A DNA stretch of 64,000 bases from NCBI GenBank assembly GCA_951406725.2, contig OX597830.1, positions 496,001-560,000 of the forward strand, read 5' to 3'. Every line of letters starts with the position of its first letter. The first letter of the stretch is position 1. The notes beneath the pieces were generated by a model. It made no database searches, was not told the origin of the DNA, and worked only from the letters and a program-made list of their open reading frames with translations. Below, piece after piece: positions 54,170 through 64,000 of this stretch. The translations under genes and the position numbers were made by a program. This stretch comes from Octopus vulgaris (taxonomy: Eukaryota).

Positions 54170-54690
54170 GAAAAGATAAAAAGCAAAGCTAACCTCGGCG
54201 GCATTTGAACTCAGAGTGACCAGTTAAGAAGCAATAATCCAAAGACACAGAAAGCTGTGAGCTGGTAGAAACGTTAGCACGCCGAGCGAAATGCTTAGCG
54301 ATATTACGTCTGTCTTTATGTTCTGAGTTCAAATACCTATTTCTTTATTACCCACAAGGGGCTAAACACAGAGGGGACAAACAAGGACAGACATAGGTAT
54401 TAAGTCGATTACATCGACCCCAGTGCGTAACTGGTACTTAATTTATCGATCCCCGAAAGGATGAAAGGCAAAGTCGACCTCGGCGGAATTTGAACTCAGA
54501 ACGTAACGGCAGACGAAATACCGCTCAGCATTTCGCCCGGCGTGCTAACGATTCTGCCAGCTCGTCGCCTTAAGCTCGACTTTGCCTTTTATTCTTCCGG
54601 GGTCGATAAATTAAGTAGCAGTTGCGTACTGGGATCGATCTAATCGACTGGTCCCCTCCTCCAACATTTCGGGCATTGTTTCTAGAGTAG
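54170..54690. mobile_element. Nested SINE family 3 copies in opposite orientations
   Basis: A plus-strand copy (54258-54332, resuming ~54575) is split by a full minus-strand copy (54338-54571). Confidence 0.8.
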
Positions 54691-55619
54691 AAAAGAATAC
54701 TCCAAAACACAACATCTGAAGAGTTCGCTTTGATCCAGTGACTCTGTTTATACCGTGAGACTCAGAGTTTATTCTTTCAAAGTCTGTGCTGTCAGAATGC
54801 AGAGAGGCAGAATAAATAACACAAGGTATTACATCCAATGGTTTAATTAGTTTCGCCACTCCACGACAGTAGAGTGGTTCTTTATTTTTCGATGATAGTT
54901 GACCTCGGCCTCATTTGAAGTCAGAACGTACAGATCCCAATAAACAGCAGCAAGAGGCTCTTCAACGCTTTACTTATTCACCGCTTGATGCTGTAATTTC
55001 TAAAATAGGTCTCTGGCCACACAGTTAGTGTTGTTGAGGCGTGGCTGCCGGCAGGTATTTGAATTAATTGATCCCTGTACATGGCCGTTATTATATTTTA
55101 CCGACTGCCAAAAGAGAAGTAAGGAAACTTCGGCAGGAATGAACTTACAGTATACAGAGTTGAAACTTATTCGGCTGTCATTTTGCCGGACTTAGACAAT
55201 TGCATTCTGATTAGCAAATAAGTATTTCTGCCGATGCTTGACTCTCACTCTCTTTATCTATCTATCTACCTGTCTGTCAGTCTCAATCTCTTACTGTAAA
55301 GTTCGTTCAGACATGCAAACAATAAGACACTTGTGAGTGATATACTGCTCCCACTACTCACAGTATGAAACTGCCACGAATCATTGAACCTATTTAAAAT
55401 AAGTGGAACCAGTCGTTGTTAACTTTGTTGTTGATAAGTGATGAGGAAGGGACGAACTTATTCAAACTTCTAACGATACTCAGCTCAAGTAAAACTCATT
55501 AATATCAAATAAATCATTTTATTCATATTAGTTCAAGAACAATAGAGTATCTTGCCCTGATGACAACATGTTTATATCTGTATATTTATATATATATATA
55601 TATACATATATATATTTGT

Positions 55620-55890
55620 TGTTGTCATCCTTTCGTCTCAGTTTTGCGCAGGCCTGGGCAAGAAAATCCTGGGTAGCCCAATCGTCAGGATTCCTCTCTC
55701 GACCTTGCTGACGTAGTCCAAAGGAGTGCAGAGCATTACGTTTGGCATCAGCTTGGTTGCAGGAGCTGTCGGAAGAGTGTCGAGTCGAAAACTAAACCAT
55801 CCACAGAGCTCCATTCCGGGTACTATCAGCCGGAGCCAGCTGAGCCCGGGACTCGTGTCAGGCAGGTACGTCACTCCCTGAAGTAGTGAA
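55620..55890 (-). mobile_element. RTE-like 5'UTR fragment
   Basis: GC-rich segment similar to the SINE body at 9690-9770. Confidence 0.45.
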
Positions 55891-55927
55891 GAAAGTCACT
55901 ACCCACTACCTTTACATATATATATAA

Positions 55928-55976
<49 letters not shown>

Positions 55977-55989
55977 TATATATATATAT

Positions 55990-56180
55990 CGCCATGATAG
56001 ATCGTTAGCCACTACACACATTTTTTTCTCTCCTTGTTTTTTTCTGTGTCCCTTTCTGTAGAAGAGCGTAGGCTCGAAACATAAAAGACTTTTTCTATTC
56101 CTGAGCGTTATACTAATACATCTGGTTGTTTTGTACACTACCTATCTTCGTCTTTTGTTTTTTCGTAAACTCTCCCCATA
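55990..56180 (+). repeat. Solo PLE pLTR with degenerate HHR (56052-56087)
   Basis: CTTT-CTGTAGA-A-GAGC(GTAG)GCTC-GAA-ACAT-A-AAAG; between (TA)n runs. Confidence 0.7.
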
Positions 56181-56398
56181 TATATATGTACTCAGGCGCA
56201 TATGTATATATCACTTTCCATCGATATGTACATTTCCATAAAACACACACACAAATGTATAAAGGGTAAATAACCCCACCACCTTCAATCATGAGTGAAC
56301 TGGAGCACCGTAAAATATAGTGTCTTGCTCAAGAACACAACGCACAGCCCGGTACAGGAATTGAACTCACTACCTCATGACGCTCTAACCATTGATTC

Positions 56399-56430
<32 letters not shown>

Positions 56431-57914
56431 ATACAATCCATTTGTGTCGTTTGCTTATCAGAATTTCGTATGAATTATTTTCTCAGACTAAAAGCTTTTC
56501 GTTTCAAATAAATTGTTTGTATTTAATCATTAATTATTCAATTGTCTCCCTTCCCATTTCTAATGGTATCTCCTGATACCTTGTGCCATTCCCCTGTCAG
56601 ACAGGTCTTCTCCGACAGACATATCATCCAAATTGCCCTTCAAGCAGCATGTCTCATCTTAAAAACCTAATTGGATGATGCGTATGACACGAATTAGACA
56701 ACATAGCCTCGGATGGAAGCACTTTGCATTATAAATCTTTGTTCAATCGCGACTTCCGTGAGTTAATAAGGCTACCATCTTGACCTGATTCAAGATAACA
56801 TATGAAAACTGTTTAGAAGAGAATACCATTGAAAGAATCAAAGTTAGCCTCTAGTATAATGTAGCAACGAAGGAGCCTCGATGCGGTCGATCTATCTGCT
56901 AGAAATATCGGTCAAATCCCCATCAATTCACAAAGTACTGTCTTTAATAAGGCTATAGCCGACAAAGTCCATGACGTAAAAACAAGATTGAATGGTCATA
57001 AACTGAAGCCTCTTTATAACTGTCTGTAAGTATCGATCAGAGATGAACTCAGTCAAACAGCAAATTGGGGATAAATATGGAAAAGCTTTTTAACCTAACA
57101 ATGCGAAAAGATGAAGTGTATAGCAATCACGGAGTGCTCCATTATGACCTCATAGATTTGTTGTCTTAACATTTCCACGGCCTCTTTCCTAATCGCATTC
57201 ACACATAATACATACATGTACAGACATATTTACATACACACGCATTTTTATCTAAACAGAATAAAAACAAAAGATCCTTTCTCCATAAGCTGTATCATCT
57301 TCCAATCATTGATACCTCTGCATTATTAATGATCTCTCTCGAATAAGTCGCAACAACGTCTTACCTCATGTCTTCTATATATGTTGCCATTATTTATGCC
57401 ATTACGATATCAATTTCAATGGAAATATTGCTTTCACTTGGGTTTCATTCTGTCCCCTATCTTCCAGGGTTTCTCATTGTCGATTATTCAACATAGAAAC
57501 ACAAGAAAGCCAATATAAAGAAGTGGAGATGAAATCACCATGAATTAATCAACTTATGTCTTTGTAATTAAGCCTTAATCAAAGTGGTTTTCTCGCTGTC
57601 ACATTTGACACTTTAATTAAAACCTGTTATTTATTAACATTTTCGTCCTTTATATATAAGTATACATAAAAACACATTCACACACACACCCAAGCGCATA
57701 CATGCATACATACATATGAGAGTGTATGCTTATTCAAATATACAAATATACACATGTAAATATATATATTCGAAAATGTTTATTCCTATACATACATACA
57801 TACATACAAACATAAATATATATACATGCATAAATATATATACATACATAAATATATATATATATATGTCCCGACATATACATATATATATTTGTAAGCA
57901 TGTATGTCTATATA

Positions 57915-58172
57915 TGGTGGAGGCGTGCGGCTTAGTGATAACGGTGTTGAACTCATGATCGTAAGATTGTGGTTTCGATTCCCAGACCGGGAGATGCGTT
58001 GTGCTCTCTTGAGCAAAACATTTCATTTCATGTTGCACCAGTCTATTCAGTAAGCAAAAATGAGTAATTCTGCGACGGACTGGCGTCCCATCCAAGTGGG
58101 GAATATACACGCCATGGAAACCGATAAACCAGCCTTCTGAGTTTATATGACTCGGGAAGGAACTTGACTACT
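57915..58172 (+). mobile_element. SINE with family 2 head
   Basis: tggaggcgtgcggcttagtgataacgg...ggtttcgattcccagaccggg. Confidence 0.8.
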
Positions 58173-58183
58173 TTATGTATATA

Positions 58184-58230
58184 CTAGAAGAGATACCCGG
58201 TGTTCCTCGGGTTTCTAATGGCATAGTTTG

Positions 58231-58279
<49 letters not shown>

Positions 58280-59800
58280 GAACCTGATAATGGATTACTT
58301 TGAATTTACCATATATGAAGTGCCGCTACAAAAATATGGTTATCCATTTCACCATTACATAAGAGAAAGCAGGAAAAGATACCTGGATGACAGTTTTATC
58401 ATTAGTAACATTCAATTCATAACAGAATATAACAAAGGGCAGTTTCCATTTTTGGTTATCATGATAAAAAAAGTCAACAACCAAATTATAACTGACATCG
58501 TAAAACAACCGACTCGAAACAATATCACCTCTTTAGCTCATGCCACCCGAAACACATCAAAATAAATATCACCTTTAATTTGGCAAAAAGGATTTGCACA
58601 ATAGTGTCTGATAGAATTACTCGGGACCTTCGTCTTCAAGACCCCAAAATAACACTAACTGAAAGTCAATATCCACCCTCACTTATAGACGATGGAATTA
58701 AGCGTGCCAAGAAAATTAAACATAAAATCACTAAGGACAATAAAGCGTAACACCACACCTCATCTCAAAACACTACTGTATATATCAACACACAACCCTA
58801 GAAACAATGAGGCATGCAACACAATTGTGCAAAATCTCCCTTTACTAACTAGCGATCCAAAAATGACTGATGGCAGAAAATATATATTACAGTTATGTTG
58901 AAACAAGTGATACGGGAAAGTGTAGTATTGACGACAAAACATTTGTGGAGTAAATTTTGAAGCTTTGCAGAAACGACAATTTGAGTTTAGCACACCAATT
59001 TGGAAAGAATTTTAGAAGAATTGGATGGATCGTATCTGAAAATAGCTCCAGGAGTTCTGGAGAACGAGTTTGTACGTAGTCTGTTTCTGAAAGCTATTCT
59101 ATTGGACCTCTATGTAATATGGCGTTGTTTTAATGATTCAGCATTACGTGCTGCAGCATGTATTTACTGATCTTGAGAATGTCTCATCACCCTTTGCTGA
59201 TTTTAAGAAAGTCTCACCTCCCTTCTCCCTTGAGAATTCATCAGATGAGCTGCAGTATACCTTTGCTGATCTTGGGAAAGTCTCATCTCCCTTCTCTCTT
59301 GAGACTCTATTTTACGTGCTGCTGCTTGCCTTTGTTCATTTTGAGAAGGTCTCATCTCCTTTCTATCTTGAGACTCCATCTGAATGTGCTGCAGCATGCC
59401 TCTGCTGATCCTGAGAGAGTCTCACGCCCCTTCTCCCTTTAGAATTTCGCCTTCGGTTTTCTGAAATCCTCCTCCTTGCTTGATAGGTGTTTCGAGAGAG
59501 ATTACGTTTTATCTTTGATGACATATTTTTTTTCAGTATTGTAATCAAAAGAATTCTGAACATAGAAAAAATACACATTAATCTCTATTTTTATAAGCAG
59601 TATCACTAGGAGTCTAGGAATAAGGGAAACACTAGATTACTTTGCAAGCGGTGACGTTTGAACGCAGTGCATTGTACTGAACGCGCAACCGTTTTCAGCC
59701 ATCTGTCATTTTCAGTTTTCACGTGAAGGTTATGCTTCTCTCGCTTTGAGGTCAGTGGAAGCACTGTATTGCTAACAAATGTTTCAGTCCCTACCTCCAT
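58184..59800 (-). mobile_element. Internally deleted Helitron (5' boundary uncertain)
   Basis: Minus-strand 3' end: hairpin ACCCG-8nt-CGGGT (58195-58212), then CTAG|T at 58184-58187. RepHel N-terminus: MSSKIKRNLSR, repeats ESQERREMRLSQDQQR.AA, and IGVLNSNCRFCKASKF zinc-finger start. Confidence 0.75.
58280..58870 (+). mobile_element. PLE (Neptune-like) RT/thumb fragment inside the Helitron
   Basis: KRYLDDSFII, FPFLVIMI, QYHLFSSCHPKHIKINITFNLAKRICTIVSD, QYPPSLI, YISTHNPRN; follows (TA)n. Confidence 0.8.
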
Positions 59801-61284
59801 ACAGTTCTAATATTTGGCTCTTCTGTTACCTTTTTGTTCGGGTTCGAATTCAACCCGCTTATTACCAGTTCAGCAATGGTGTTGATGTAACCGACTTACA
59901 CTTTCCCCGAAATTGCTGGCCCTGTGCCAAAATTTGAAACCAACATGTTTGATATATCATATCGATACCAGTAATATACACGTGCTCATTCAATCAAATA
60001 TAATCTCTTTTTTGAAAGAACAGTCACGACTCCCTCTAACTACTTCTACCGTTTGTAAAAAGAAAGAATACTTGGGTAATTTTATATCGGACGTCTTTGG
60101 TATTGATCCAGTTCCATCTGGACTAAACTGGAATTAAACAATGTACAATACATGACCTTGTGGAATTTTTTATATTATTTACTTTGATTTCTTGTTTTTA
60201 GAGCACAACAGTAACCGAAAATATGGATCGCACAGATGCTGATTACTTTTGTTCTTTATCCTGAGGTCAAGTCCTGTTGAACTCAACTTATCTTCCATGA
60301 CTCAGGTCTTACACACTCTTTTGTAATAAAATGCAGATTTCATTTCATACAAATGTTCACTTTTTTGTTTTGCTGCGAAAGTGCTTTTCAGCGAATGGGA
60401 AATAAAAGTACATTATTTATCAGTAGCCTATTCAGATATGAATTCATTTTATCCATTTTGTGGGCACGGTTTCTGAGATACCATTTCTCATATTCGCCCA
60501 AGACCTCAAGATCATTAATGAAATATAGAAAATCAACAAAATTAAGCAAATAAATGTGATTCAAGATTTATACAACTCCTCTTCTGATTTAAATCTCCTC
60601 CCCCCACTACGTAGCTTGCGTCTTGTCATTTCTCTTTTAAATATATCCCACTGATTACAGGTATAATTTCCAATATGTATATACGTTTGTCCACCAGTAT
60701 ATGACCATCCATCACATCAATATCAATTGCCATTCACGTAATTATACAAAGTAGTGTATATTAATATAATTAATAAATATTTCCCTTCACTGCACACAAG
60801 AACAGCAACTGTTAATCTGGACAACAGAATACAGACATGATATGAATATGTCGCAATTCAACAATTTAATTTTTTATAACTTAAAGCAAGTATTGAATGA
60901 GACGGACGATGTAGTAGCCGAATCTTTAAAGTACCAAACGAATTCCATTGAAATATTTCCCCATTTCGTCAATTAATTTTCGGGTAAAGTTAGCTGCAAT
61001 GATTATGTTCATGGAGTTTCTAAAATGAAAGTACGTCACGTGCCAGGGACGATTAAATTGAATATACTCGTCCTTTGATGTTAAGTTCAAGGCCTTAATA
61101 TCAATATTTGACCAAGAAGTCGGGAGGTCTTGATAACAATTGTAGCGCTTCGAAAAATGCGCTGCAGTTTTTAGTTTCGACCATTTACGAACTTAGTTCA
61201 AATCCCGCCACGATTCATTTGAATCGTGTATTACAGTTAAAATGATTCAATACGTTTGTATTGAATCATAAAATTTTAGGTTTG

Positions 61285-62183
61285 AGGGATCGATTCCATC
61301 TCAATCATAGATATTTTAATTAATTTTTAAAACTAAACTGTTTGAAACTTTGATTACTGTTAGAATTTCTCACGTAGAACGCGGTTTACTCTGAACGGCT
61401 TTGACAAAATTTCGTATTTTAGAAGTTATTTCGTGTTAAAGTTGTCGTATTTGGGTAATTTTAACCAATCAACGACGTGTGTTCGGTTGAAGAAAGCTAC
61501 TGCTGTTTGCGTTAGTAATCGAAGAGGAACAACTTCGGGGTCATCTTTATTAAATATAACTACTCCGTTATATTTGTATGTTGTGCGAAGACGATGCCAC
61601 ATTTATCCTTTCTTCCTTTCTAGTCAACACCGTGCATTCCTTAGTCTTTTCTTCCGTTCTACAATATCAACTAGCAACCAGCGCGCAAACTTGTCACTGC
61701 CACTACAATTACCATATTTTCCGGTGTATAATCTGCTTCATGTTTTGATCATGTTATTTTTTTTATCTAATAAAGACTTTTATATTGACGAAATGTGTTG
61801 ATTATAGTAAGATAAAATCATGACAATAACAATACATCTCATAGTTGTAAAATAAAGCATTTTGAAACTACATATACGTCAACAAAAAAAGGTAGCTGCG
61901 GATTCGTGGTAACATTTAGTAGAGATGACCTGGAAGTTGTTTCTCCTCGATTACTATCGCAAACAGCAGAAGCTTTCTTTAACTGAATACACGTCGTTGA
62001 TTGGTTGAAATTACCCAAATACGACAACTTTAACACGAAATAACTTCTAAAATACGAAATTTTGCCAAAACCGTTCAGAGTAAATCGTGTTCTACGTGAG
62101 AAAGTCTACCAGTAATCGAAGTTTCAAATTGTATATTAAAAAAAATTAAATAAAAAATCTGTGACTGAGATGGAAGAGATCCG
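61285..62183. mobile_element. MITE-like element with ~280-bp TIRs
   Basis: 61285-61565 is the reverse complement of ~61905-62183; ORF-track peptides MLKLSYLGNFNQSTTC appear on both strands. Confidence 0.85.
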
Positions 62184-62299
62184 GTTTGAGGCCAAGAGTA
62201 AAGTTTAAAGTTATTGATACTCAATTCATCAACACTAAAATGGAAAAAGATGCATTTAAGTAGCTGTTATTTGAAGTTGAAACAAAATTTGGGAAATAT

Positions 62300-62945
62300 C
62301 GATGGTAGAATACATCGACCCCAGTGGGGAAGAGCGTACTTAACTTATGAACTGGCGAATTCACTCGACCCCAATACTCAACCAGTGCTTATTTTATCGA
62401 CGCCGAAACGATGCAACGCAAAGTCAACCACGGTTGAATTTGAACTCAGGAGGTATATGTAGAAGTGCCGCCAAAGCACGTTTGTCCGAAGTCCTAACCA
62501 TTCTACCACTCGCTGCTTTCGTTAAACTAAATCCTTTCCACTATAGATACAAAGTCCCAAGTTTTGGGAGAGAGTACAAGTCGATTACTTAATTTATCAA
62601 CTCCCGAAAGGATGACAGGCAAAGTTGACCTCAGCAGAATTTGAACTCAGAAGGTATAGGTAGAAGAAATACCCCCAAAGCATTTTTGTCCGAAATGCTA
62701 ACGATTCTCATTTCTTTATTGCCCGCAAGGGGCCAAACATAGAGGGGGGTCAAACATGGATTGAGACAAAGGGATTAAGTCAATTACATCGACCTCAGTG
62801 TGTAACTGGTACTTAATTAATCGACCCCGAAAGGATGAAAGGCAAAGTCGACCTCGGCTGAATTTGAACTCAGAACGCAGCGGCAGACGAGATACCACGA
62901 AGCAGTTCACCCTGTGTGCTAACGATTCTGCCTGCTCGCTGCCTT
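62300..62945 (-). mobile_element. Cluster of SINE family 3 copies
   Basis: Three tandem degenerate copies; the last (62712-62945) looks complete. Confidence 0.8.
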
Positions 62946-64000
62946 CGATAGACTAATTAATGACAATAACTTATCTATTTAGTCCTAATACGTTTTCAGA
63001 GATTCGAGCGTGAATACCTGAATGCTGTTCTTTGTTAAGAAGACATATCTTTAAAAAAAAAACCCAGAAAAAAGGAGGTGTTTGTCGATGAAAAAAATAA
63101 CTACGATCAGACACTCACGTTTGAATTGGCCAGAACGAATAAAGACGGAATAAATACATTATTGTTTGAACTACCACTGTTTTTTATGCATCTCATGTAT
63201 TATTATTTGAATAATGTAATGTTAAAGAGAAAATATCTATAAAATTCTAAACTGGTAAAACTAGCGATAGTCGGTGTCGATGACAAACAAAGACAATATA
63301 TTCCCTGAAATTTATTGGTTCAAGTTTTGAGTAGAAAAACGGATTCTCACTATAAACAAATATTTTGTTCAATAATTTTCTTTTTAACAACCACCACTAA
63401 ATTTTTAATGTTTTTCAAGAATCTCACAAAACTGCAACAATTGTGAAACTGGCTGTCTCCATTTTTTAACAATCTTGAAATAGATTAATCCTAATCTATA
63501 ATAAACATTTGTGGACAATCACTAGATTTTAACAAACATTTTCACAGGTAATAGACAGAGTAACAGTCTTTTTATACGACACTAGTTTTTGATAATTATG
63601 TTACAAATGATAGCGAGATTTTAACGATCTATTTTGTAGACCACCTCTTGAATTTGACACACGCGTATGCAATCACCTGTTTCATCAATATTTTTCACAG
63701 GTTATAGCCAGATTCTGGGCCATCAGTAATTTTTAAGAAATTTTTCTATAAACCATTATTATTTTCTAACATTTTTGTTACTACTCCTTTTACAAATCAT
63801 GGCTCGTTTTTAATAATCTTTTTACAGACCATAACTTTCACACTTCAACCAACATATTTCCACTATCATATTTCTGTCTTTTATCATTTCTGCTCTCCGT
63901 TATCCTGTCTCGTTTCTCCTTATTCACACTAAATTCTAGAATTATCTTTGTATGGCATTTTTTTGATTTCACATGATTCCATAACATTTAGTGTTTTTTG

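Larger units (their letters stand above)
43100..54860 (-). pseudogene. Tentative decayed PKD1-like/PKDREJ-like polycystin relic interrupted by repeats
   Basis: Weak hand-translated motifs fall in polycystin-1 domain order (REJ, GAIN/GPS, PLAT, FTRL-TM, TOP); see findings. Confidence 0.4.

Noticed and set aside
55558-55600. CTGATGA hammerhead core
   Set aside because: No downstream stem II-GAAA-stem III.
59140-59450. CRISPR-like repeat array
   Set aside because: These are degenerate coding tandem repeats without unique spacers, in a eukaryotic context with no cas genes.

Overview
AT-rich, microsatellite-dense eukaryotic DNA made almost entirely of repeats. The tRNA-headed SINE families and an RTE-derived 'Ceph-like' SINE body suggest an octopod or other cephalopod genome (inference). 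No intact host gene is evident. Main contents: (i) a near full-length, mutated Penelope-like element (PLE, Naiad-like RT) at ~340-5205 on the minus strand, with three pseudo-LTRs (two direct, one inverted). Each pseudo-LTR carries a variant hammerhead ribozyme (HHR); the ORF has a ~270-aa Asn/Ser/Gly insert and no visible GIY-YIG endonuclease. (ii) At least five further HHR-bearing repeat families, including a motif-perfect type I HHR with a very long stem II (13892-13986) and a decayed ~365-bp retrozyme-like tandem/inverted array (~21000-21930). (iii) R4/Dong non-LTR retrotransposons in (TAA)n, plus L1/Tx1, RTE and CR1 fragments, an internally deleted Helitron, MITEs and many SINEs. (iv) A tentative, heavily decayed minus-strand PKD1-like/PKDREJ-like polycystin relic between ~43100 and ~54900. 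All alignments, translations and folds were done by eye, so boundaries are approximate.
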